Below, piece by piece: positions 12,690 through 23,330 of a stretch of 64,000 bases of DNA. Numbering within the stretch: position 1 is the stretch's first letter; every line of letters begins with the position of its first letter. The notes under the pieces are model-generated. The model had not been told where the DNA came from. It searched no databases and saw only the letters and a list, made by a program, of their open reading frames with translations. Origin of the DNA: Nemertoderma westbladi (Eukaryota > Animalia > Xenacoelomorpha); assembly GCA_032718475.1 (NCBI GenBank), contig JAUCBJ010004291.1, positions 1-64,000 on the forward strand. The letters are read 5' to 3'. The translations under genes were made by a program, and so were the position numbers.

Positions 12690-13030
12690 GGCTGATATTC
12701 ATGTAGAGGGTCGAACAAATAATGATTTGGAATCATGGCACAACATGTTAAAACGTTCTATAGGGGCATCTGGTTGACTAGATATATTTAGAATGTTAAA
12801 CTGGATTCAACGAGAAGAGAAAGTTACTGTTAATACTATTGCACAACTGGAAACCAGACAACGTGTCAAACATACTAACATACATCGAAAGAGAATGAAA
12901 GAATTTCCCTACGAATCACTAAGAACTTCCTGCCGATTCCTATTCGATTAATGCAGCAAATCCATCAACAAGAGCCAGTTGGAGATATTGAAAATATATC
13001 CTGGCAATTACTGGACACTACTCATTCTGT
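12690..13030 (+). pseudogene. C-terminal remnant of a Mutator-like (MULE) transposase
   Basis: Translates to RTNNDLESWHNMLKRSIG...IFRMLNWIQREE, matching the MULE TNNxxExWH motif that carries the catalytic Glu. Confidence 0.6.
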
Positions 13031-13039
13031 AAACACCAA

Positions 13040-13375
13040 TACACCAACCAGCTCTTCCAATCCACCAACCAGCTCTTCCAATCCACCAACCAGCTCTTCC
13101 GATTCACAAATCAGCTCTTCCAATCCATCAACCAGTTCTTCTGATCCACCAACCACTTCTTGCAATCCACAAAACCAGCTGATCCGATCCACAAATTAGC
13201 TCTTCCAATCCACCAACCAGTTCTTCTGATCCACCAACCAGTTTTTGCGATCCACAAAACCAGCTGATTCTGATCCACCAACCTGCTCTTCCAATCCACC
13301 CATCAGCTCTTCCAATCCACCAACCAGCTCTTCCGATCCACCAATCAGCTCTTCCTATCCACCAACCAGCTCGTC
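13040..13375 (+). repeat. 21-bp tandem repeat (CCACCAACCAGCTCTTCCAAT)
   Basis: About 16 units, encoding SSSNPPT on the + strand; follows the MULE remnant. Confidence 0.85.
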
Positions 13376-13579
13376 AGAGCCACTTCCGACGCACGAAGCT
13401 GCACACACCATGGAAGGAAATCGAACTTATATGATTCTTTAAACCATATCGATATCATAAATCATACTGTAACATTTATTGTAACATACTTATAATATTT
13501 AAAAAATAATGGAAACATTGTCTGTCTCATGTTTTCTTAAAACCAATAATTAACAACAAAAAATTTTAAAAATCTCAAA

Positions 13580-13720
13580 ATATTGGGCAAGTGCCCTTTT
13601 CGAAAACTGGCCTATTGGGCAAGTGTCCTATTGGGAAAGTGACCATACCAGATCTAGTTATTGGGGAAGTGACTCTTAGGTAAATATTATTGGGAAAAAG
13701 TCTCATTGGAGAAGTGTTAA
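13580..13720. repeat. Short subterminal-type repeats (ATTGGG(C/A)AAGTG), probable end of the MULE-like element
   Basis: Five to six dispersed copies, like the subterminal arrays of the other MULE-like elements in this window. Confidence 0.45.
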
Positions 13721-15019
13721 CCTCAATAATGTATGAAATTCAAAATGCGAATCAAAACCACAGCGCAGTCAATAGAAGGTTTATCTGTGAATCGGATATC
13801 AATAGTTGTATCTAAGAATTAAATGTCAAACATATCCTTGTTACTTAATATGTACATGTTTGTTTACCTGTGACAGAAAACTTTTATGAAATGTTGAATA
13901 AATTACTTCATGTGGCCAATTATTTCATACTTGGCAAATGGTCCTAGGGCAGGAGTACAGTTTTGACAGAACCACAAATTTGACAGCTGCCACTGCAATG
14001 CCTTTGCATCGTCGCCAAATTACATTGATGACCTTTGGTTTAATGACTAGATTTGACTAAATTGAGAACTTACATATTATAATATTTGAGAAATTCATTA
14101 TAACATATTGTACTTTTTTAAAATAATATAACCTATTAAACAGCTAGGTATTCGGATATTTTTTATATTAAAATTAATAAATATTAAAATTAAAATATTT
14201 CTATTTTTAATTATAACTAGTACAAAATTTGTGGCAAAGTTAGTCGCATCCTTATTGATTTATTTGCTCAAAACTGTCAATCCTGCCAGATTGATATAAT
14301 AGTATTACATATATAATTAATAATTTAAGTTAAAAACATCAGTTAAAAGCTGGGCATATTAGGCTATTGAGATAATTGAGGCTATTGAGATTGTAATACA
14401 AATTATAATAACACGGGTTTCAGAAGTTTCTTTTTGGATTTAAAAATTAAGTAAATTAGATAAAATATTCCTCTCTTTAATATTTTTTACTGCAATTGTT
14501 GGTCTTCTAATAATTAACTATAACCGTGGAAGCCTTTGGAAGAAATATTGGGTTCATTCTTATTATTTTACAATTCGTTGGATTGTCCTGTGCATGTGGT
14601 TGTTAAATATAGAAATATGCTAAATAATAGCCTACAGCATCCTCTCCTGCTACAATTCAAAATGATATATCGTTCAAACACTAAATCTGGTTGTTTATTA
14701 ATAATAAGATTAATTCCGAGTTTTTAATTAAAATGTTCGTTTTTCTATGGTGGTGGGATATTGGTGCTTCCCTTCTATTATTTACAAGATTTTATTTATT
14801 TGTGGGGAATTTGTAGAGTATGCTGGGACAGATACACCTTGTGAAGGATATTATTTACAGTACTTCGATTTCTTACATGGGCAGAAGGAATTCAAGGCCT
14901 CAACAATGTGGTCAAAATACAGCAGGCTCAATTCGGTACACAAAAGAAAATAATAATTGTTACTTAAGGACAACTGCTGCAGTTTTTTCGATGAGAGAGA
15001 TAGACCAATTCCTACAGAT

Positions 15020-15420
15020 AGATACACCATTTTGGTTGTATGTAAAGCAGTGGTTGTCTTAGCAATACGTGGAGGGTTGCGGTGCGGATAACCTCAATAT
15101 AGAAGATCTTAAGATGAAAGAAAATGGGTGTTGGGTGACGTTTCAAAGAAAAAACATGACAAAAAAACCATGGCGAGCTACATAGATAGCTATCTAAGCA
15201 GCCTTGCGTCAAGTGTCCAGGAAAAGTCACTGGACCGTTAATCAGATAAGAAGCTTGGCGTGGGAGACCCTGACAGGTACACGGGACCATTGCTTTCATA
15301 GGTCAATTGCTACCACTGCAGCGGATAAAAATATGGGATCTAAAGAGAGAAGACTGCCGAAAAGTACATTGAACAGAGCAGTGTATGTGATAAAAGAATG
15401 GCTTCGGTGTACATAAAGAC
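15020..15420 (+). pseudogene. Possible degenerate tyrosine recombinase (Crypton-like) fragment
   Basis: TGTRDHCFHRSIATTAAD resembles YR box II (TGHCFRRxxAT..AD). Upstream GCGADNLNIEDL is box-I-like. Several stops. Confidence 0.35.
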
Positions 15421-15985
15421 ACAAACCATTACTAAAGAGTTCAAAGCTGATGGTGATGGTGAAGCAAGTGGTACAAGGAAGTGCTACATAACTGCTGGGG
15501 ACAATGCTATTATAAACTTATAATATATAAAATAAATATAGTCGTTATATTACATTTGACACGAATGAATGTTAATTAATAATATACATTAAAATAGCTA
15601 ATAATATTATTAATCATATATAATTCCCCACAAATAAAATCGTGAACAACGATGTATATAGTTATTATTTAATCAGGGTTTGTAAATTTATAAGCTGAAA
15701 ATAATTTTAACTAAAACATAATATTTATTATTATTATTCATACCATTTAAACGTATTATCAAGTCTATAGTTAATATACCAATGGTTTTATTCAACATCA
15801 GTTTTTAAGCGATCAAATGACAATGTTTAGAAGTGCAAAATTATATTTATAAGGAGTTTTGTTGATTTTATTACAATTTGATTCTTGTTTAAAATAACCG
15901 TGAAGATGGGTGAGTTCCGAAATACATAATACCATCAGTAATAACGAACCTTCTATGTAATTTCAGTATTTCTTATTCCCCCGAC

Positions 15986-16075
15986 GGTGACAAACATACC
16001 AGTTCCTACGTTGGATGAGTTCACCATGTCATCCGATAAATTGCATCCAACGTAGGAACTGGTATGTTTGTCACC
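15986..16075. repeat. Perfect 32-bp inverted repeat with 26-nt spacer
   Basis: GGTGACAAACATACCAGTTCCTACGTTGGATG (15986-16017) and its exact reverse complement (16044-16075). Confidence 0.9.
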
Positions 16076-17025
16076 ACTCGCCAGCGCTCACAACCTTTAC
16101 CTCACATCACAGACTGTACAGCAAGCCTATCCGGTTCGAAGATATTTAGCAAGATTGATCTAGTCAAGGCCTATAACCAAATCCCCGTAGCAGAGGAAGA
16201 CATTCCTAAAACTGCGATAACTACACCATTTGGTCTGTACGAGTTTGTCTGCATGCCTTTCGGGCTCCGGAATGCAGCTCAAACCTTACAGCGTTTCATC
16301 AACAATATTATTAATGATATGGATGGAGTTATAGGCCGCTCAGATGACTTACTGATCCACTCACCGGACTTAGAAGCTCACCTGTCAACATTAGACGAAT
16401 TACTGAGACGTCTTGACGTACATGGACTCTGTATAAACCTCAGCAAGTGTGTCTTTGGCGTTTCTGAGATAGTTTTCCTTGGATATACTATTGATGCTCA
16501 AGGAATACAACCACCACTGGAGAAAATTGAAGCCCTTAGAGATTACCCGGCACCACAGTCAAAATCAGCACTTAGACGATTTCTTGGAATGTGTAATTAT
16601 TATTCACGTTTCGTGTCGCGATACCAAGTTATTGCTTCCCCCCTCACTGATTTATTGCAGGATAAAAACTCTGATTTTACATGGTCAAGGGAAGCTGATG
16701 AAGCCTTTAACTCATTAAAGAATGCACTTATTAATGCTACTAAGCTGCGCCACCCTACATTTGATAAAGATGCATCTGTTAAAATATCATTAACCACACT
16801 AAATACGGATGCTTCCAATAAAGCAGTCGGCGCTGTTCTTCACCAATGTTCAGAAACTGGCGATATTGAACCACAACCACTGGCGTTTTTCTCCAAGAAA
16901 TTGAAACCCAATGAACAACGTTATGGAGCATATGATCGTGAATTACTAGCGATAATGTTAGCGATTAAACATTTTAAGCATAAACTAGAGGGCACTGACT
17001 TTGTGGTATATACTGACCAAAAACC

Positions 17026-17040
17026 GGTGACCCAGACGAC
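17026..17040 (+). promoter_or_regulatory. Degenerate primer-binding site (tRNA-Trp-like)
   Basis: CGGTGACCCAGACG versus the TGGTGACCCCGACG expected for the eukaryotic tRNA-Trp 3' end; lies ~170 nt upstream of the gag ATG. Confidence 0.6.
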
Positions 17041-17199
17041 CGAGTACAATTCTGCTGTACTGCCCTGTTATAATAAATCTTTATATATAAATAAATTTGT
17101 AATTTGATAAATTGATTATGATTTAATTTAATTTGATTTAATAAAAACTGTTATAATAAATCTGTAATTTGCATTGCTTTAAGTTAACAAAATATTATA

Positions 17200-18141
17200 A
17201 TGACGACCACTACACCACCAACTACAACAATAAATAAAGCTACAACAGTGACGGCGGGCAGCAGTTCGGATCCAACAGTTCTCACCAACCCAATGGCATT
17301 AGCTCGTGTTGCGATTAAACTTCCTCCTTTCTGGCCGGCAGACCCAGAGCTTTGGTTTAGCCAGGCTGAGGCCCAATTCGCGACTAACGGAATTACTACG
17401 GAGAACACGAAGTTCTATCATGTTATTTCTTCCTTGAATCCCGAGTCAGCAGCCGAGGTTCGCGATTTAATTTTGCAACCGCATCCTACAGAACCATTTT
17501 CTCATCTACGGACTGCTATGGTTCATCGATTAGCTGCTTCCGAGACAGCGCGCCTTAAGCAGTTATTGTCAACCGAGGAACTCGGAGATAGGAAGCCCTC
17601 TCAAGTGCTACGGCACATGCAACAATTACTGGGGACAGCTACAGTCGAACCCCAACTAATGCGAAATCTGTTTATCCAGAAGTTGCCTTCCAGTGTCCAA
17701 ACTATTCTGGCTGTCTGTCCATCCACCACGGATTTAGTCGCCCTAGCTGATATGGCTGATAAAGTCATAGAAGTGACTCAACCTGAAGTCCACGTAAACC
17801 ACCTAACGACTAGTACTGGTATTTCTGGTCTGCCTCCGGCTGCGGGTCAAACGGCTGTGGAAAACTCCTCTGTTCTACAGGATCTCATAAAAACTGTTAA
17901 CGAATTGCACTTGGAAGTGAACGAAATCCGCCGTGGCCGTCCAACTTACCGAGACAATCCGCGTTCGGACGACTACTCAACATCCCGGCGCACGCGTAGC
18001 CGTTCCCGTTCTGTTGGTCGGTACAATCCTCAAGGATCGCTGTGCTATTACCACTGGAGATACCGTGCTAGAGCGCAGAAGTGTACTAAACCTTGTGAAT
18101 GGCAAAATCAGGACAACAACCATGGACAGTCGGAAAACTAG
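17200..18141 (+). CDS. Gypsy Gag
   Basis: KLPPFWPADPELWFSQAEAQF, LGDRKPSQVL and a C-terminal CYYHWRY..AQKCTKPC motif. Confidence 0.85.
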   Translation: MTTTTPPTTTINKATTVTAGSSSDPTVLTNPMALARVAIKLPPFWPADPELWFSQAEAQFATNGITTENTKFYHVISSLNPESAAEVRDLILQPHPTEPFSHLRTAMVHRLAASETARLKQLLSTEELGDRKPSQVLRHMQQLLGTATVEPQLMRNLFIQKLPSSVQTILAVCPSTTDLVALADMADKVIEVTQPEVHVNHLTTSTGISGLPPAAGQTAVENSSVLQDLIKTVNELHLEVNEIRRGRPTYRDNPRSDDYSTSRRTRSRSRSVGRYNPQGSLCYYHWRYRARAQKCTKPCEWQNQDNNHGQSEN

Positions 18142-18175
18142 CAAGCCCGCCGAACAACCCGGTGAGTTCGGCGGG
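18132..18175 (+). promoter_or_regulatory. -1 ribosomal frameshift signal between gag and pol
   Basis: G GAA AAC lies immediately before the gag TAG. Seven nt later is a 10-bp stem, CCCGCCGAAC/GTTCGGCGGG. The pol frame is -1 relative to gag. Confidence 0.75.
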
Positions 18176-19238
18176 GAATATATCCTCCGTATTCTGCATA
18201 CCCGGAACTCAGAACGGAAAAACTAGTAGTTTTCTTATTGATAGTGGGGCCCAAATTAGTGCGATTCCCCCAAACTCAACTGAACGCAAATGTCCGGATG
18301 TCAACTCAGCATTACGGGCTGCAAATGGAACCACTATCAAGACATACGGCAGACGAACTGTAACTATTTCATTTGGTAAACTGCGCCGGCGGTACAAGTG
18401 GACTTTTATTGTTGCTGATATTCGCCAACCAATTTTGGGGGCAGATTTCCTAGGCCACGCTCAACTCTTAGTTGACTGCACTCACCACTGTATTATTGAC
18501 AATATCACCAAACTGAAGGCCTTTGGGAAACCCAATGACAACTTACTTCTACTTAAACCAATGTTCTTCGAAGTGTCAGTTGATTTACCCACACCTTACA
18601 AGGAAATCATAGAGAAATATCCCAATGTTATCAAGGAGTTTAATCCTTCAAAAACCACTCCCAAACATGATGTGAAACACCATATTAAGACATCGGGTCC
18701 ACCCACATTTTGCCAGCCGCGACGATTAACGCCGAGTAAACTACAAGTAGCGAAACGCGAATTTGACAACTTGTTAGACCTCGGTATAGTCCGCACATCA
18801 TCCAGCCCATGGGCTTCCCCGTTACATATGGTCCCGAAGCAAATTCCAGGACAATGGCGGCCCTGCGGTGACTACCGCAATTTAAATCTACAAACAGTCC
18901 CAGATCGATACCCAAAACTGGCGTTTTGGGGTTTCCACGACATTTATTTAATGAAATGAGAAATTACTGAAAGCTCAGTAACTTATCGATATTTATCTAT
19001 AGTTCCAAAGTACAGCTAATTACAGTATTGTGTGGCAATCAATAGTGACTGCCTATTAGGGTGGAGTGAAAAAAAAAATTTCTTTATTTTTAAGGGAAGC
19101 ACTATTTTTCTGATGCTAAATCGGTTTAAACTCACTTTGCAAAAAAAAATTTTTGATTTCGAAAAATTCTAAGCGGGCCTCATGACACTTGAAAATTTCA
19201 AATTTTTGGGAAGGCAATGCCAGTTTTGAAAATTCCAG

Positions 19239-20489
19239 ATATTTTGTCGGCAAAGACATAGGCAGTGCCTATGTCTATGCCTATGCCGTGTATAATCCGG
19301 CTTTGTCGCTGAAACCCAAACGATCGCGTCATGATTGTCGTCCAACACGGAGGCACAGGGTGCAGGAGGACAGGAGGATGCCGAATCACACCCTACATAA
19401 AGCACGCGAGGCCACATGCAAGGACATCCTCTTACATGAATGAATAAATGAAAGACAACGCCAAAAACATTTTCGTTTTTATAAGTTTCACAGATTCTGT
19501 AGTTTATTATGTAGATATTCTGTAGTTTGTGAGAGATAAGCAATGCATGCTCTCGTATTTAAACTATCATGACTATTGTAGTGGTGGAATTTCCAAGGAA
19601 TTAGTGCACTTTACTTTTCATTATAATACATGTTCCACATTAACAGAGGTTGATTTGAGTCACCAGCTGCTAATTGGTTGTTTACTAATAGCTTTGTTGC
19701 TCAATTAGTTGATAACATTCTAAAAACTGTGGTCAAAGTCAATTAGTCGGGATTAATCTTGTTTATTACAAGTAGATTAATAATTTTTATATTTTATATA
19801 ATGATAGGTTGAATACCTGGACCAAGTGATTAATGAGACTGGTTGAAAAAAAATGTACGGGATTTTATGTAAAGGTTATGTTTTTCATTGCATACATATT
19901 ATTAACTTTGTAGTAAATATTATGTAGTAAGTAATTTTCTATTTGCTATCTGTTTTAAATCAGTATGATTGTGAACCTAACCTATAGTGAGCAGAATAAC
20001 AACAATTCCATCTGGACATATCAAATCCTTAAAATTCTGTCTATAAATATCCAACCCAAAATAGAGATAATAGGTTTACTTCAAGTTAATTATTTAGTGA
20101 CTATTACTGTTGTAGGTGTTTGCATTCTTCGCCGAGAGATTAGATGGCTTACAGTGCTTTGTAGTGGAATGCGCAATCCGCATGGATAATGTTGCGCCAT
20201 ACTGCTGGGCTATGGTGATTTCCTCAGATTTAGTGGAACCCTATGGTTCGTTATTTAATTACCCCTTTTCTTTGTTGCCGTATGTTGGATCACTTATATT
20301 ACACTAATCAGGACTATTAAAAGTTTAATACAATTTTGCTAAATATCTCAATTTAGCAAACGGCCCAGTTCCTCTCCAATGGATCACACCACATGTTTTG
20401 TCTGAGCAGAAGCTGCTGGAGAGCTACGCCTACGTGCGTCTGCCTTTTGTGCAGTGGCCAGAAGCATCAGACAATGAACACGCCAAGGC
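19239..20489 (+). pseudogene. Exon-like remnants of a host gene with PTB-domain-like motifs
   Basis: AG-bounded segments start at 19239 (YFVGKDIGSAYV...RVMIVVQHGG/RVQED), 19988 (SIWTYQILKILSI), 20116-20214 (VFAFFAERLDGLQCFVVEC..., GT donor) and 20357 (QTAQFLS). Frameshifts and a stop are present. Confidence 0.35.
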
Positions 20490-20899
20490 GTATGTAATCT
20501 GAACCGATATTCCAAGCTCAGCATTAACCGATTTTAATTAAATATTCTTTTTTTTAGCCACTAGTTTCTGCCGTTTTCATGTCCATGATATTCTTAGTTA
20601 CTTGTAGTGTACATTTCTAGTACTTACGATTTAGGTATGTGTAGGAACGGCCTACTGCTTAGTTAGTTATAACGAAGCAGAAAATAACTAACTAACTAGG
20701 AACATCCTACTGCTTACATACACCTAGTCTTAAACCAAGCAAAGAGTTACAGATTTGCTGGCAACATTGATTCTTCTGTTGAAGACATTGGAGGGAGCTC
20801 AGAAATTGATACACAGCTGAGAAGGCCCTCAATCATAGTCTTTTTGTTAATTCCAATGTGTTCTGCATAAGAATTCCCCATGGGCAAATGGAAACGATA

Positions 20900-21300
20900 A
20901 TGCTGATCAGCTTGCATTAAGGTGCAGTGCAGGCGGACCCAACAACATAGTGCCCAAGATCTCATATTCAGCCATACACTCCCAGTTCATCCACATTTTC
21001 AAGTCCTGTGTCCTTGAGTAGACGTTTGGGGAAAGTCATTGGCTGTCATATACCCTATTCTAATCAGCAGGCTGCTACAGCACAAGGTTGATCCTGCCTG
21101 CCAACAGTACCCAGTAAGCTTCAGGGAAAGCATTGACCTGCGTCAATCAAGTGTCCAGGATATGGAAACACCCCAATTGAGCACATACACATAAAGATGG
21201 GACTTTTCCATGTAGCAGTGGAGCCTGTCCGGCTCTATGGCAGTGATTGCTGAGCTCTTAGTGATGAGGACTCTTAGATAGATATGGTACATATACTTGT
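20900..21300 (-). mobile_element. Old, diverged 3' fragment related to the RTE family at 448-2520
   Basis: Minus strand gives QPMTFPKRLLKDTGLENVDEL, versus QPMTFLRRILKDTGLKDADDL in the main copy. Confidence 0.55.
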
Positions 21301-21699
21301 TAAAGCAGTGATGGTGATCCTTTCCATACATAAGGTGCTCTACATTATGATCTCATTGCCTACTCCCAGCTCTACACTAATGCAATCACAGCGACCTTGT
21401 ACTAATAAATTAACCTCGTGTTTTAAACAGGCATGTTTTCCATCCATTAACTTTCCTTTTCCAGTAGAATATACCTGTATGTTATATCAGCTCACCATAA
21501 GTACAGGAAATTTGAATCTATTGGTAATTTATGTTAACCTATGCATCATCACTAAAAGGTTCTGCATTTATATTTATATTTAATTTTAAATAATTGTAAT
21601 GTTTGACCCTACGAAAAGAGGGTTTGTTCACCGAGCATGTGTCGTAGCAAAAGTCGTAGCTGTGCCTAAACCTGCATCTTGCTTGATTGTTATATCCAA

Positions 21700-22260
21700 G
21701 GCATAAAAGATGATGTACAACCAGTTACACAGTGACTGCCACACCACCCCGACCACTGCAAATTGGGCCTTCAAAATAAGGGATCTCCTTAACAACCTGG
21801 GACTTAGTCACGCGTGGTTAAATCAATCTGTTATAAACGAGACTGAGTTTCTTAATACAGTACATAAGGTAATTAGGGACCAATTTATACAAGATTGGTG
21901 GCTGTCCATTAGCGCATCCCCCAAGGGAGAACTGTATATTAAAACAGAATTTGGTACGGAAGAGTACCTTTTAATGAACTGCCAAATGAACCTCATCTGA
22001 AAATTGCTCTAGCCCACCTACGCTGTACTTCGCACTGCCTGGAAATCTTAGCAGGTCAAGCCACGCGACGAACGTTTATGTACGATGTGCAATATGGGTC
22101 TGGTTGAAAGCGAATTTCATTTTATTTTAGTATGCCCAGCCTACAACCAAATCAGAGTACAATTTATAGATTATCATTTTCATAGATATCCTTCCTTATC
22201 GTTATACCATCAATTATTTTCAACAAATATGGTTCGGGTCAGGAAAAATCTCGCCATAAC
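21700..22260 (+). mobile_element. 3' end remnant of a non-LTR retrotransposon (RTE-X/L2-like C-terminus)
   Basis: NWAFKIRDLLNNLGLSHAW...DQFIQDW, LRCTSHCLEI, CTMCNMGLVESEFHFILVCPAY (CCHC-type motif). Confidence 0.7.
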
Positions 22261-22617
22261 AATTCTCTATACCGTTTATTTTTATTTTTTTTTATTTCTT
22301 TGTTATATTTCAAAATTACATTTGTCTATGTGTTAGTTGGGTGTTGGGTCTCCAGGTATTAATTTTTGGTTGTTTGTGTAAAGTTAGTGCGTATCATTAA
22401 CTATAGTCTTAAGTGACGTGTTCGTGTTTTGAATGAAACACCCCCCAGAATTTCCACTTACCCCCCAGAATTTCTACTCCCCCCCCATTCCTGTTACCCC
22501 CCCCCCCCCGTCAAACTAGTGATTACTGTTACCCCCCCCCCCCCCCCCCATGCCATTATTTACAGGATATAAGTGCTAGTGATATAGATATTTTTACATA
22601 CGATATAACAACAAAGG

Positions 22618-22897
22618 TTATTGTTTTGGTTAGAAAAAGCTGTCTCTATAACCTCCCTCAATTGGTAATAACATCGTTTATTGTTTTGGTTAGAAACACC
22701 CGTCTCTGTAACCTACTCCTTTCCCTCAATTAGTAACAACATCGTTTATTGTTTTGGTTAAAAAAATAGTCTCTGTAACCAGCTCCTTTCCCTCAAATGG
22801 TAACATCGTTTATTGTTTTGGTTAGAAAAACCCGTCTCTGTAACCTACTCCTTTCCCTCAATTAGTAACAACATCGTTTATTGTTTTGGTTAGAAAA
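22618..22897. repeat. ~65-bp tandem repeat, ~4.3 copies
   Basis: Unit TTATTGTTTTGGTTAGAAAA...GTCTCTGTAACC...CCCTCAATTAGTAACAACATCGT; ends at the RTE tail. Confidence 0.85.
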
Positions 22898-23330
22898 CTA
22901 CTACTATTAAGAACGGCATGCTGCATTGCAGCTGCATTTTTAAGAATGCTGTGCTGGCCTGTCGATAAAATTGTGCCACCACAACTCCCCTATCACCCAT
23001 GACATTTGCTAGATCATCCGCATCTTCAAGGCCGGTGTCCTTTAAGATGCGTCTCAAGAAAGTCATGGGCTGTCCACCATACTTATTCACTCCATGAGGC
23101 TGCCAAAGTACAAGATTATGCACTGGCTGGTCCTCACGGCGAAAGCAATGTCCTGAAAAGCGGAGGCAACTTTGTTCTAGTGTCAAGCTTGGGGGAACCA
23201 ATGAGATACCTCCAATGTTATATAGTGTTTGGTTGGAGATGTGTGCATTGTACTACCACAATGAACCCGGCGTAGCATTCTTGTGAATAGGCCATCCAGG
23301 GATTTGGTGTACTCAGCAGTTAGAGCCCAG
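22898..23330 (-). mobile_element. Short 5'-truncated copy of the same RTE family
   Basis: Highly similar to 448-886, including the 3' UTR and a (CTA)3 tail. Confidence 0.9.

Larger units (their letters stand above)
16094..18913 (+). mobile_element. Ty3/Gypsy internal fragment, circularly permuted (RT C-term-RNase H | PBS-gag-protease-RT N-term), no LTRs or integrase
   Basis: 16094-17026 encodes PLPHI...KIDLVKAYNQIPV...MPFGLRNA...TDAS...ELLA...YTDQKP. 17200-18141 is gag. 18099-18913 encodes FLIDSGA protease to WRPCGDYRNLN...DRYP. The end of the block (DRYP) joins its start (PLPHI). Confidence 0.9.
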
